Assembly (NCBI RefSeq): GCF_009914755.1
Contig: NC_060933.1
Direction: 5' to 3' (one strand)
DNA from: the human T2T-CHM13v2.0 reference genome, Homo sapiens
DNA: 64,000 nucleotides
Both the position numbers and the translations under genes were made by a program. Positions 1 to 12,920 of this stretch are shown here, piece after piece. The notes below the pieces were generated by a model. The model saw nothing but the letters and a program-made list of their open reading frames with translations. It was not told the DNA's origin and made no database searches. Every line of letters starts with the position of its first letter. The stretch's first letter is position 1.

Positions 1-1036
1 TTGCAATAATATTGGGTTTGCTGAATCTGTGCTGAGTATGAACAAGCTCTGGCTGATGTTAACAATGTGGTTTTGCTAATCCCTGCTGCATTGTCTCATG
101 GATGGTGACAGTCAGGTCTCTCCTTCACACTCCTCCCTCTTCTCCCAAAGTCACTGGGAAAATTGCTTTGCAGACCATCTGTGCCTCTTTGAGTGACTTA
201 GAGGTTTCAAATTAGTTTCTCCAGGTATTATTTTGAATTCTAGTGGCTTGCTCCAGATCAGGGCAGGACTAAGGGGAGAGGAGAGATGCTCAGGAGGGGG
301 AGAAATATCTGAGTTTGATTGGAGACTCATGATATCTTTGGTGTACAATCAAAATCGGTGAAGGTGGTTCTTGATGTGAACTGTGTATTTTGAGTCCTCA
401 AGGAACACTGCCTATCCCTGCCTGGAAGGAAGGGTCTAGTGTCAGGATAGACTCCCTGGTACTACCTGGGAGGAGCCCCCTCAACCACTCTCCCTGAACT
501 GGAAGGGATGGGGAACATGGTGTCGTCTCCAGCTTGAGCCATAATGTTCACCTTTGTGATATGGGACAAGAGGGCCCTACAGGCTCAGGGTCATCATGAA
601 AGGCAACAACTTTATAAAAGGGAAGAAGGAGTAAGGAAAACCTGCCTGTCCCTAATTATAGAGTTATCATGTCCAACATCTAACCTAAAAATAACAGTGG
701 ACTTGTCAAGCCCTGATCAGGAGGTACTTACTGGGAAAATCTGATAGTCACATTTCAGGGTGGGCTGGTTCTTCTCTATTTGTAATCCCTTCCAGGGCCA
801 TCCTCTGACTTTCTCCACCCTGCCCTGTCTCTGGGGGGCTGACCCACATGGATGGTATCATCTGGGCTCCTTTGCCCTCAGGCATTAGGTTGGGTTCAGT
901 CCATGGGAGGCACTTGGGCGATCGGAGAAGGAGAGAAGGAATAGTCAGGGTAGCTCTTCCCTGCTCCCTTCTTGCTTTAAGATCATGTCATGGCAGGGTC
1001 TGGGTCCTTCTGTGACCATGGTGTGCCAGGCAGCCA

Positions 1037-1258
1037 CAACCTTCACCTCCCAGGTTCAAGTGATTCTCACACCTCAGCCTCCTAAGTAGCTGGAATTACA
1101 GGCACATGACATCAAGCCTGGCTAACTTTTGTATTTTTAGTAGACATCGAGTTTTGCCATCTTGACCAGGCTGATCTCAAACTCCTGGCCTCAAGTGATC
1201 CATCTGCATTGAGCTCCCAAAGTGCTGGGATTACAGGCATGAGCCACTGGCCCCTGCC
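1037..1258 (-). mobile_element. Alu, truncated in the right arm
   Basis: Antisense Alu motifs CTCCCAAAGTGCTGGGATTACAGGC and TTTTGTATTTTTAGTAGA; no poly-T tail. Confidence 0.93.
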
Positions 1259-1296
1259 TCACTAGGCCCTGCCTCACTAGGCTCTGCCTCACTAGG
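1252..1296. repeat. 15-bp tandem repeat x3 (CYCTGCCTCACTAGG)
   Basis: Units at 1252, 1267 and 1282. Confidence 0.95.
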
Positions 1297-1316
1297 CTCT
1301 TAAGAAGAGCATTCCA

Positions 1317-1716
<400 letters not shown>

Positions 1717-3689
1717 TTACACCTCTGTAGTGGTCCCTTCCTTCGAGTGTCTTCTTTGAATTGACTTATTTTTTCCTGCTAAGATCCTGCCTCATAGGTG
1801 CCTGGAGAACAGGCTCCTGCCTTGTTCATCTCCACAACCCCTGGGTCAGACTGCAGAGCCTGGGCTCCTACTGTGTAACAGGCAGCCAGAGTCCATCAGA
1901 AATTGGCTTGAAATTCTCCTATCTCTTGGGCCCTTAGGGTTAGGGCTGCTGCTTTGGGTGTACGGCGCCTGTTTCACTCCCAGGAGCTTAGCCTTGTGAT
2001 TTCTAGAGATGCCAAGTATATTATGTGGCTCACATGGGGGCAGGTGAGAAAAGCTACTGTCAGTGAAGACAAAGACCTTACCCTGCCTTCAAGCTTAGCA
2101 TGTCTAAGTGGAAGCAGGTTTCATGAGAGAAGAAACAATGAACTTTTAGGGTTGGATAGAGTTGGGTTCAAATCTTTGATCCTCCTCTTATACACTGGGC
2201 AGCCTTGGGCAGGCCACTTCTCTCTGAGTCCTCGTATGTAACTGGGAGTGACAATAGTCTCCTCACTCCAACGCCACCATAAGCATTACACATGGTCATG
2301 GACAGGAAGGGCTGGGATGGGGGCCTGGTCCTCATGCCCTTCAAGTGCGCATCCTCAGATCTTTCCCCTCTTGATGCTTGTAGCGGTTTCACAATCTCCA
2401 CCTTCCTCGCTCCCCTACAAAATGGCTTTCATGATACTATATCCCCAGTGCAGCCTTTTGTGATAAGATGGACTCAAAGCCCCAAATTCCATTCCGAGGA
2501 AAAGCCAGTGCTCCCCAAGATCACTCTAAATCCCCAGAGGACTTTCCCCTGGTCACCTTTGGCTCTGAGTGAGTTCCCTTTCTGAATCATCTTTTTATCT
2601 CACCAGTGCTGTTTCTTTCCTACGCTGTTGTGGAGGTGGAAAATACAGCCCTTTTCATTATTTTCACAAAAATAAGCAGACTTTCCCCAAATAGAGTAAA
2701 ACTTGCACTTGGCCATCATAGCCTCTTGGCCTCCAGAGCCCATTTCTTCCCCCTCCTCTCACCTCCTCCCAGGATTCCCCCTGGGAACTCCAAATTCTCA
2801 CTTTCTTGCACTGGGGCTCTGCAGCTTTGTCCAGTCCCCGCTCTGGAATTTTGCAGGACCTACCTTTGCCTGCCTGGGTCTACCGAGTGTACACAAGAAC
2901 AAAAGGGCCTTTAATCTCCCGGCTCCTCTCCCATCCGAGTGCAGCTGTGCCTGTGAACAATGACATTGTCCCTGCAGGACATACCCAGGGTGGGGCACCA
3001 GGTAAGGCCCAAGTGTAAAATTCCACGTGCTATCGACTCACCTGCCATCCTCCTCAGGAGGTTGGACAGAGGTGGGACAGGAGCTGCCCTCTTCAAACCC
3101 AGTCCCAGGTTCTAGTCCCAGCTCTGTGAATGGCTGACTGGGTGACTCCAGGCAGGCTGCAGTCACTCTCCCAGCCTCAGTGTCCCCACTGTTGGCTGAA
3201 GGTCTGGAGCCCCAGCCCTGAGAGGTGCCAGCCTGCGCCCTGGAGGCTGGCAGGCCGGCTGCAGTGCTGCCGTCCTGGCACGGGAGCTCAAGCAGTGCAC
3301 TCTCGCACTGGGGCTGCGCTTTCTTTTGATCACGCTTTCTCCTCACCTTGTCCTTGTGTCACTGGATAGGATCCCATCTGTCATGCTGAGCCATCTGCTT
3401 CCTCTCCTGCCATCTCTGCTGCCCAACTCTAAGTAAATTAAAAAACAAAGAGGCAGGAAGCCGCTGACAGCCGCATTTATCCTCATTTCTGTGGCTGGCA
3501 ATGGGAGCTGAAGGGCTGGCTTGGTGGGTCTGAATTAAAGATTAGAGCAGGTGGGGAGGGAGACAGTCCTGTGGCTGTGACACCTCGACCGCGGATGACA
3601 CCTTGGGTGGCCATGAATGTGGGCAGGGGCTGGGGAGGAAGGGATTCGAGTCAGTGTGAGGGGCAGTGGTGGGACGCTTTGGAGTTGGG

Positions 3690-3870
3690 CAAAACTGGTT
3701 TGTACCATCTCTGTGTATGACCCTGGGCAAGTCATTTACACTGGAAGCCTCAGTTTCCTTATCTGCGAGATGGGCATAATCGATATTACTGACTACACAA
3801 AGTGGTTGGGAGACTCAGTGAGAAGCATATAGTTTCATAGCAGGTATGCAGCCGGTGCTCTACAGAGAGG
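3690..3870 (+). mobile_element. MIR
   Basis: Core TGACCCTGGGCAAGTCATTT...GCCTCAGTTTCCTTATCTG. Further MIR fragments at about 2150, 20040, 20510, 23660, 25890-26170, 28490, 28840, 32210, 46430, 52490, 52960, 54960, 56350, 61830-62140 and 63820. Confidence 0.85.
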
Positions 3871-4159
3871 TATTTCTGAGGGATGCAGGGGACGCACGGA
3901 AAAAGATGGGGTTGGCATGGAGCCACTTGCCCAGGGAAGGGCATTAGGGAGGAGTTTGGTGACCTGTGTCTCCTCCGTGGGCCTCAGTCCCCACATCTCA
4001 AAGATGGGACTAGGACTGTTGGGTCAAACTCTAGGAAAAGAGCTGAAGGGGCAGGAGGCATGGGACAGCTGGGGGCTCAACTTGGAGGACAAGTGGGTCA
4101 GGAGCAGGAGACGCTGGAGGGGTCCGCTGTGGTGGCTTCCCAAGGATGGCTCTGCAGTT

Positions 4160-4470
4160 GATTGTGTTATTGCTTCCCACTGTTTCCTGCCCTCCTTCTG
4201 AGAAGATTGTATAATTTCTCCACCCCACTGACATCAGGTTTGGCCACACAACCAGTTCTGAGCAGAAGCTCCAAGAGCCGTCACACATTTCCATGATTGC
4301 TCTTTCTTTCCTACCATGGGAGCAAAATAAGGTGTTTTCATCTAGTCTAGGTGTTGAAATGAGGGTGGTGTGGGTCAGAGCCAAAGCTGACCCACAGCAG
4401 ATATGGATGTGAGCCAGAAATAAATGTTCACTGTGAGTCACTGACATGTTAGGGTCTTTAGCAGAAGCTG
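4160..4470 (+). mobile_element. Old MaLR LTR (MLT1H/I/J-like)
   Basis: TCTGAGCAGAAGCTCCAAGAGCC and terminal GTGAGCCAGAAATAAATGTT...AGTCACTGA. Confidence 0.65.
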
Positions 4471-5189
4471 TCTGTATAGGCCCCTTGGACTCCAAGCTGA
4501 TCCTGATTTTAAGGAAAAGGTGCAGCCTGACTCTGCCTGCTTTCCTGCAATTTCTGGGTTCAGGCAGACAAAGGACCTTCTCTGGGCCTTGGTAATTTTG
4601 TCTGTAGAATGATTAGCCATGGATAAGTGAAAGTCCATAAGGTGGGGGAGGGTGGAGGACCATGCAACGGTGTCACCCCCAGTCCCAGGGGACCCTCCTG
4701 GGGTGGGCAGGCATGTGGCACAAATGAAAGCATATGTGACTATATTCTCGTCCTTTCCCCACTTCAGAGCATTTCTATTTCTTCCCACAGATCATACCAT
4801 TGCAATGATCATTGCCCAGAACGCAGGCAACTCTACTCCCAAGCCATGTTACCACAATTATAGAGAGGTCATTAAGACACATTCCATGGATATCAGCTTA
4901 GACGTCCCTGAGTCTCAGGGTCTAAGTCTTCTTCCTGGCCTGACCTGATAGAACTCATGATTGGGAAATGGCCAGGCTCTAACTGAGACATAGAGATGTC
5001 CCTCCAGGCAGGCAAACAGCTTAACACAGCTTCAAAATGAAAGCCTTGACATTTATCTAAAGAGAAGGGATAGCTAACGGTGACATTAATCCTCTTTTTA
5101 CTCTCCTGAGATATTTACTTCTGGCCCCAAACTTGATTATTCCATTCTGTAAGACCAGAGCTCTGTAGGTAAGCAGGTCTCCCTGGAGT

Positions 5190-5680
5190 GGACATTTGTC
5201 CTTTGGGAGCCATCCTGGCATCTGAGTGCCCCGCTTATGCTTTGTCAGAGTCTGGCTCTCACAGTAGAAGCAGAAAAGGCTGGACACTTATTTTCCAGCC
5301 TCCCAGCAGTGAGGCCACAGGCACTCGCTCCCATCTGCTCCAGTGACACAGACAGTGGAGGCTCCATGCTGGTGCAGCAGCAGCCCCAGCCTCCAAGGGT
5401 CATGGTGGCAGCAGGGCAGCTGGCGGATCCAGTGCCCAGTGCAAGCAGCTCTGCCGTGTGAGCTGTGGCTAGCAGGACTTGGGGCCGGTAGCAGAGTTCT
5501 TGGTACTCTGCTCTGTGAGAGCTTCTGGCCATGGTCCTGGCCTCTGCCCATTTTCTAATCCTGGTTCTGCATCTGTCCCATGTATTCTGTGAGATCCTCA
5601 CTGTTCTTTCACTAAATTTGCCTTCTGCTTGTTACCAGCAAGAAGGCTGTTTCTATTGCTTGCTAGTAGGAGCCCTGACG
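5190..5680 (+). mobile_element. Old ERVL-class LTR (subfamily uncertain)
   Basis: TTTTCCAGCCTCCCAGCAG block and 3' end TTTCTATTGCTTGC...AGCCCTGAC typical of old ERVL LTRs. Confidence 0.5.
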
Positions 5681-7489
5681 TGGAAAGCAATTTAGCATTC
5701 TGTTACCAGACCAAGCAGGTTAGCAGAGAATTCTTTCTAGCCATGCATGGTTCTATCTTTGCGCAGTGTTTTAGGAAATATATTTTGTTATATTTTCAGA
5801 AATGTTCTAGTGCCCTATATAAATTACTACCCCAAATAGTGGTCCTGCCAGTTCGCTCCTTAACCTGGTCCTTGGCATGGCTGGCACCACCCTGAGAAGG
5901 AGGTTGTGTTGGGACATCACATAGTTGTGGTTTGCAGCAGCTCCAGTCACACTGAAGAGCCACCTCCCATCCTGAGCATTGGATAGGACCAGGGGTGACT
6001 GTCCACAGCTTCACAGGAACTGAAAGACCTCTTGAGCTGGATTAATTAGGTGATATTCACAATGGTGCCTGCAAACCAAATGTATCAGGATCACTTGGGA
6101 AGCCTTTTAAAAAATGCATATTCCATGGTCCCAGCTACAGATTCAGGGAGGCCCAGGGATCTGCATTCTGATGCTCTGATCCAACTCCCTGAGTGCTTTT
6201 CACAGATGGGTAAAGAAGCAGCCAGGTCTCCTGACCTCCAGTCTACTCAGTGACCTCCCCTACAGCTCTTCAAGTAGATTCTGCCCCTCCTAGGCAAGAA
6301 AGCATGATCTAGGTTGGCTGCCAGCAAGGCCAACCTGATGGGGAGGGGGTGCTGCTCCCGGAAAAAACTATGATGAATATGGAATTTATAATCTGGCTAT
6401 TTCAGCAAATATTGGTGTGCTTTGCTGAAAGGTGCACTTTCAGATCAATTCTGCACTGCGTCTTTTTCAAATTATTATTCTAAGCTTGTAAAATTGAGTT
6501 TATTACTGGTGTAAAAATAATAAACTCAGGAATCATTCATTGCTCTCCACTCCCAGGAGTCAGCCTAGTTTTTAAAAAAGAATCAGGAAAGTTTAGGATG
6601 ACCCCAGGTTTCTCAACTAAGATACTGGGGGATGGTGGTGCCCTGCACTGATATGGGAGCTCAGCAGGGGCAGGTGTTGGGGGAGTGAGATATATTGATT
6701 GTGTGGTACATGTTGAATAATCATAAGTATATTGGTGGGCAGAGGCCAAACAGGTCTGGGGCCTGGGGAAGAGGTCTGGTTCAAAAACAACAAGTTAGAA
6801 CTCTTTAATACAGGTGAGATGATTCAGACAGTGTTTTCTGTGAGGAATGAGAACAGTGATCCTTAGCCCCTTTGTCCTTCAGTGGAAAATGAGGCTAGGG
6901 TAGGGAAGGAAGGGTAGGTGGTGAGAGAGGCTGAGGCCAAATAGTTTGTAAATTTCATCTAGCTCCAACATTCTGCTGCTCTGTACCATACATGTTTGTC
7001 AATTCAGTTCAGTCCAGTTCAGTTCAACAGTTCCAGTCACTATGTTGAGCATAAGCCAATTCATCAACTATTTATTGAGCACTGACTATGTTTAAGACCC
7101 TGGGGTCACCAGCAGACCTTAAGTGAACTGAGTGGACGTTCACTTGTCATATTTGGTGATGGATCAGGCAGGGTATGATATTTAATGTCAGGCCTGAAGT
7201 TCAGAGAGGAAGCACAACATTTCCAAGGTCAGAGAGCAAAATGGTGACATGATTCCTGACTCCTAGCCCAGAAGGGGGATTTCTCTGAAGCATGGTACAG
7301 CCAGGAATAGGTAGTAGGATATGAGTGGACAATGTAAAAATATGATTAACACTTGATTATTGGTAGAGGATGGGTTGGCTCTGGAGGCAACAGGATTGCT
7401 GAGTGTCTGGGCTCACTGGAATGATTAGAGTCTCCTGAGATGGATGAATAGAGAAGAGAGTGTTAGGACTCACAGGTCACCCCACTCAA

Positions 7490-7940
7490 CCTTTTACTAT
7501 TTAAAACAGTCTTGCACATCTCTAGTGATAAGCAGCTCATTACCATCCAAGGTAGCTCATCCTTTATTTGGGTAGCTCTGACTCTTGGAATTTGCTTTTT
7601 ACAGTGAAGAGAGATCAAGTCTCCTGCTGCAGTTCCATTCCATCGATTTGTCTTAGCTCAGCCACTGGGCACCACAGATCATGTCTGTTTCCTTTGTCCT
7701 GTGACACCCCTCAAAGACTTGGAGGTGACCCGGATCCATTGAGCTCCAGGTTTGTGCCTCAGATCCCTCAGCCATTATGTCCTTCCAGAATTGGATCCTC
7801 TTCCATCCTGTTCACCCATTCCTGATGTGTTATGGTTTACCATAGTCTCTCTCTCTGAGTGAAGCACAGCACTCCAGAGCTGTGTGATGAATGCATCTCT
7901 TTAATGCTTATTGCAGGACTAGGAGCTGCTTGTACACCAG
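7490..7940 (-). mobile_element. L3/CR1 LINE fragment
   Basis: CATCTCTAGTGATAAGCAGCTCATTACCATCCAAGGTAGCTCATCC...AGCTCTGACT resembles the L3 3' region. Confidence 0.5.
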
Positions 7941-8164
7941 CCTGAGTCACATGACCTTGTGACCCAAGGTCCATCTACCAGTGACCCTCTGCTCCCACCT
8001 CAGGATGTAGGCACCCCCTGATTCCTCTGTGTATATGGGGGAGGGGTAGGACAGGCAGGGCCCAGTGAAAATGGTTTCAACCCTGTGTGAGTGAAAGCCT
8101 GGGCATATAGGAGGTGTTCTAAAAATTAACAGCCCCCAGTGACTTGGCTGGCAAATAGCTTTCA

Positions 8165-8300
8165 TTCCCTTGCTCCTCCAAGTGTGGTTCATGGACCAGT
8201 AGTATCAGCATCTTCTGGGGGTTTATTAGAAGTGCAGTATCTGAGGCCCCATTCCACACTTACTGAATCAGAAACTGTGACTTAAGATCTCTGGGCGACC
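8165..8300. mobile_element. MER5A/B hAT MITE
   Basis: CAAGTGTGGTTCATGGACCAG...AGAAGTGCAGTATCTGAGGCCCC...ACTGAATCAGAAACT. Other MER5 copies at about 6060, 26215-26500, 27420-27605 and 51284-51470. Confidence 0.8.
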
Positions 8301-8311
8301 CATATGCCCTC

Positions 8312-8737
8312 TGTGTTAGGCCGTTTTTTTGCATTACCAGAAAGGAATACCTAAGACTAGGTAATTTATAAAGACAAGAGGTTAATTTGGCTCACGGTTC
8401 TGCAGGCTGTACAAGCATGGCACCAACATCTGCTCGGCTTCGGGGGAGGGCCTCAGGAATCTTACAGTCATGAAGGAAGGTGAAGTGGGAGCAGATATGC
8501 CACATGGCAAGAGCAGGAGCAAGAGAGCAATGCCAGGAGAGCCCTGGACTTTTAAACAACTAGATCTCGTGTGAAATAACAGAACAAAATTTCATTTATC
8601 ACCAAAGGGATGGCATTAAACCATTCATGAGGGATCCACCCCTATGATCCAATCACCTCCCACCCGGCCCTTCCTCCAACACTGGGGATTACGTTTCAAC
8701 ACGAGATTTGGAGAGTACAAATATCCAAACCATATCA
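8312..8737 (-). mobile_element. MaLR solo LTR (MSTB-like)
   Basis: Runs TGTGTTAGGCC...GGCTCACGGTTCTGCAGGCTGTACAAGCATGG...CCAAACCATATCA. Confidence 0.9.
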
Positions 8738-9154
8738 TCTGCTGTTCCTTTTTGTGAATCCTCGGGGTCATTTTGCTTGGCTCAGCCTTCAGGGCTTGTG
8801 GATCATGTCCAGATGATCTTCCTAAAATTCCAATCTGCCCATGTCACTCTGCTGCTTACCTGCTACCAAAGGGTCCCTACTGGTTTCAGGATAAAGTATA
8901 AACTCCCAGTCATCATGATTTGGCTTGTACCTGTCTCAAGGGCCTATCTATCACCCTACTCATACCAAATAACTCATAGTTCTCCCAAAAGGACAGGCTC
9001 TTCCACATCTTGCATTTGTACGTGCTGTCTCCTCTGCCTGGAATTTCTCCCCTAGACTTTCTCCCCTGAAGAACTCTTCCTCAATCTTAATCTCAGCTTT
9101 CACCTCTCTTTCTCCAGGAGCTGCCTGATGTGTGCCTGCATCAAATAGTCCTTC

Positions 9155-9526
9155 TGTGATGGTTCATTTTATGTGTCAACTTGACTGGGCCATGGAGTGC
9201 CCAGTTATTTGGTTAAACATTATTTCTGGGTGTGTCCATGAAGGTGTTTCTGGATGGATGAACATTTAAACTGGTAGGCAGTAAAGCCGACTGCCTTCCC
9301 CAGTGTGAGGGGGCCTTATCCAACCTGTTGAAAACTTGAATAGAATAGAAGACTGAGTAAGAAAGGATTATTTTGCTCTGCCTTTGAGCTGGGACATTGG
9401 TTCTCATGTGCCTTCAGACTCAAATGCAGCCTAGAACTTACACCATTGGCTCTCCTGAATCTCTAGCTTGTCAACAGCATTCTTGGCACTTCGGAGCCTC
9501 CATAACTGCATAAGCCAGTTCTCTAT

Positions 9527-9565
<39 letters not shown>

Positions 9566-9621
9566 TTCTCTCTCTCTGTTTCTCTCTCTCTCTGTTTCTC
9601 TTGGGAACCCAGACTAACGCA
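9155..9621 (+). mobile_element. ERVL solo LTR (MLT2 family) with internal (TC)n at ~9529-9595
   Basis: Starts TGTGATGGTTCATTTTATGTGTCAACTTGACTGG; ends GAACCCAGACTAACGCA. Confidence 0.9.
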
Positions 9622-11150
9622 CTTTCCCTTTAGCAAAGCACTTGACACAAACACACTGGGCTGTCATCACAAATCCACATGTGTTTTCCTTATCAAATTG
9701 TGAATTCCTTGGGGCAGAGTCTGCCTGGCTTATCTCAGAGCCAAGCACACTGTAGGTGCTCAATAAATGCTAAATTGCTGAGGCAGTTACCAAAGGCCCT
9801 GGGTCTGCAGAAGATCTCAGCTGCAGGGAAGGTTGATGAAGCAAGTTTATTCCTTATAGTTCCCTGCCTCCCTACTCCCCAGGACAGGGGTCCCCCTGTG
9901 AAGGGTCCTCAGAGAATCAGCCCTGTCATCATACCAGTAGCAGCCAGTGCCACCACCAAGAAATGCCATGATCCTCAGAGTTTCCTGGATCCTAGTCATT
10001 CTTCAATTCACCCCACTTTTCTGAGCCTGTTGTGAGCTAGGCTTGACTCCCAGAAAGCTGAGATGGAATAGATCTGTAGATCTATTCCCTGTTTTGGAGA
10101 GTTCATAGTCTGGTCAGGAGCATGGGCCCAAATGACTTGCAAACAATGTTCTGGAGGCTTGGGAGAGGGAGCTGTTTACTGGGTAAGATGTCACTACACA
10201 GCCGAAGGGCAGGAATGGCATCCAAAGCAGACAGCACAGCACGAGCAAGGCCTGGTATAGAAAATGGTTATTTAAGCTGGAGCAGAGGGCATGTGAAGTG
10301 GGACAGTGGAAATGTAGGCTAGAGCCAGTTTATGGGGGAGGCCTAAAATGCTAAGAAGATACATTGCCCACAGGGCTTTCATGTGCAGCTGTTCAAGTTG
10401 TACACTGCACAAAGGTGTCATGTCTCAGGGCACCATTTGCTTTGCAAGCAACTTCATTGTTTTGAAAATTAGAAAATATTGTTATTATATATTTTTCACT
10501 TTCAAGATGGGTTGTATTCACATTTATGACAATTTTCTGGCAGATGGAAGTATAATGCCTTGTTCTAACTGTGTTGATTCATATTGTTTCATTTCTACTT
10601 TTGAAGGAGGAACAACTTTTGTAATTGAGAGACCTAGTTTACAAAAATATAGATTGTAGAATGCAGTCCGGAGACATACTCTCAAAAATATCCACGTTTA
10701 AATTCCATTTCTTAGTTCCAATTTGACAGTTTTCTGTAAAATTAGTAGTAGAAGTAAGAAGATACAGGAACCAAAATGCATTTGAAAGCATGGAAGGAAT
10801 TAAAACTTATTTAAAGAAAAATTAAATGATGATATTTAAGAAAATATATTCTTAATGTTAAACAAGTTGGAGATCATTGATGCCAACTTCTTTAAGGAAG
10901 AGAATATGAGAAAAAAAGTCAGAAGACCAATTTTAACTGTGAATTCTGTAATCAGCATGATTATGACCCATATAAAATTTCAAAATCAAGTTGTATATAA
11001 TATTTTTAAATAGAACTTGAATAGAATATTATTTTTAGAAGAAGGGTTTGTAATGCTGAAAAATATTATGGTCTTTCATTCTTCTAAATGACATATAATT
11101 TGAAGAATTTTGATGAAATTGGACTACTGTATGTGAAAATTTACAATGGA

Positions 11151-11511
11151 GAGGAGGTCGCGGCGCCGGAGGCCCCAGAAGGCTCGAAGGCGCCGCGGGC
11201 TGGGGTCGGTGGCTTAGGGAGCCCGTCCGGCCATGGTGGCCGCGGGTAGTGGTTGGCGCGGCTGCGCTGCGGCCCGGGGCAGTGCGGAGCCGGGACAGTC
11301 GCGGCGCTGACGCCCGCGGGCCCCAGCTGCAGATATGAAGCGGAGCCGCTGCCGCGACCGACCGCAGCCGCCGCCGCCCGACCGCCGGGAGGATGGAGTT
11401 CAGCGGGCAGCGGAGCTGTCTCAGTCTTTGCCGCCGCGCCGGCGAGCGCCGCCCGGGAGGCAGCGGCTGGAGGAGCGGACGGGCCCCGCGGGGCCCGAGG
11501 GCAAGGAGCAG
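11151..11511 (+). pseudogene. MAST2: Transduced copy of MAST2 exon 1 (5' UTR plus first 59 codons), CpG island-like
   Basis: 11335-11511 encodes MKRSRCRDRPQPPPPDRREDGVQRAAELSQSLPPRRRAPPGRQRLEERTGPAGPEGKEQ, which I recognise as the MAST2 N-terminus; joined at GAGCAG|CCGCCTGCC to SVA sequence. This is not the MAST2 locus. Confidence 0.93.
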
Positions 11512-11658
11512 CCGCCTGCCTTGGCCTCCCAAAGTGCCGAGATTGCAGCCTCTGCCCGGCCGCCACCCCGTCTGGGAAGTGAGGAGTGTCTCTGCCTGGC
11601 CGCCCATCGTCTGGGATGTGAGGAGCCCCTCTGCCTGGCTGCCCAGTCTGGAAAGTGA
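11335..11658 (+). CDS. Putative chimeric 107-aa ORF (59 aa MAST2 + 48 aa SVA-derived); translation unproven
   Basis: Open from the native MAST2 ATG through the splice junction to a TGA in the VNTR. Confidence 0.25.
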   Translation: MKRSRCRDRPQPPPPDRREDGVQRAAELSQSLPPRRRAPPGRQRLEERTGPAGPEGKEQPPALASQSAEIAASARPPPRLGSEECLCLAAHRLGCEEPLCLAAQSGK

Positions 11659-12920
11659 GGAGCGTCTCCGCCCGGCCGCCATCCCATCTAGGAAGTGAGG
11701 AGCGCCTCTTCCCAGCCGCCATCACATCTAGGAAGTGAGGAGCGTCTCTGCCCGGCCGCCCATGGTCTGAGATGTGGGGAGCGCCTCTGCCCCGCCGCCC
11801 CATCTGGGATGTGAGGAGCGCCTCTGCCCGGCCGAGACCCCGTCTGGGAGGTGAGGAGCGTCTCTGCCTGGCCGCCCCGTCTGAGAAGTGAGGAGCCCCT
11901 CCGCCCGGCAGCCGCCCCGTCTGGGAAGTGAGGAGCGTCTCCGCCCGGCAGCCACCCCGTCCGGGAGGGAGGTGGGGGGGGTCAGCCCCCCGCCCGGCCA
12001 GCCGCCCCATCCGGGAGGGAGGTGGGGGGTCAGCCCCCCGCCTAGCCAGCCGTGCCGTCCGGGAGGGAGGTGGGGGGATCAGCCCCCCGCCTAGCCAGCC
12101 GTGCCGTCCGGGAGGGAGGTGGGGGGGTCAGCCCCCCACCCGGCCAGCCGCCCCGTCCGGGAGGTGAGGGGCGCCTCTGCCCGGCCGCCCCTACTGGGAA
12201 GTGAGGAGCCCCTCAGCCCGGCCAGCCGCCCCGTGCGGGAGGGAGGTGGGGGGGGTCAGCCCCCCGCCTGGCCAGCCGCCCCGTCCGGGAGGGAGGTGGG
12301 GGGGTCAGCCCTCCGCCCGGCCAGCCGCCCCGTCTGGGAGGTGAGGGGCGCCTCTGCCCAGCCACCCCTACTGGGAAGTGAGGAGCCCCTCTGCCCGGCC
12401 AGCCGCCCCGTCCGGGAGGGAGGTGGGGGGGTCAGCCCCCCGCCCGGCCAGCCGCCCTGTCCGGGAGGGAGGTGGGGGGGTCAGCCCTCCGCCCGGCCAG
12501 CCGCCCCGTCTGGGAGGTGAGGGGCGCCTCTGCCCGGCCGCCCCTACTGGGAAGTGAGGAGCCCCTCTGCCCGGCCAGCCGCCCCTTCCGGGAGGGCGGT
12601 GGGGGGGTCGGCCCCCCACCCGGCCAGCAGCCCCGTCCGGGAGGGAGGTGGGGGGGTCGGCCCCCCGCCCGGCCAGCCGCCCCGTCCGGGAGGGAGGTGG
12701 GGGGGTCGGCCCCCCGCCCGGCCAGCCGCCCCGTCCGGGAGGGAGGTGGGGGTGTCGGCCCCCCGCCCGGCCAGCCGCCCCGTCCGGGAGGGAGGTGGGG
12801 GGGGGTCGGCCCCCCCGCCCGGCCAGCCGCCCCGTCCAGGAGGTGAGGGGCGCCTCTGCCCGGCCGCCCCTACTGGGAAGTGAGGAGCCCCTCTGCCCGG
12901 CCACTACCCCGTCTGGGAGG
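11550..12920 (+). repeat. SVA VNTR (~37-50 bp GC-rich units, G-quadruplex potential)
   Basis: Repeats of GCCCGGCCAGCCGCCCCGTCCGGGAGGGAGGTGGGGGGG and CTGGGAAGTGAGGAGC. Confidence 0.97.

Noticed and set aside
1252-1296. CRISPR-like array (also considered for the SVA VNTR)
   Set aside because: Units are directly adjacent with no unique spacers, there are no cas genes, and the DNA is primate.
11151-11511. Genuine MAST2 gene or promoter
   Set aside because: No intron donor follows the exon, it is fused to SVA inside a TSD pair, and no other MAST2 exons are present.
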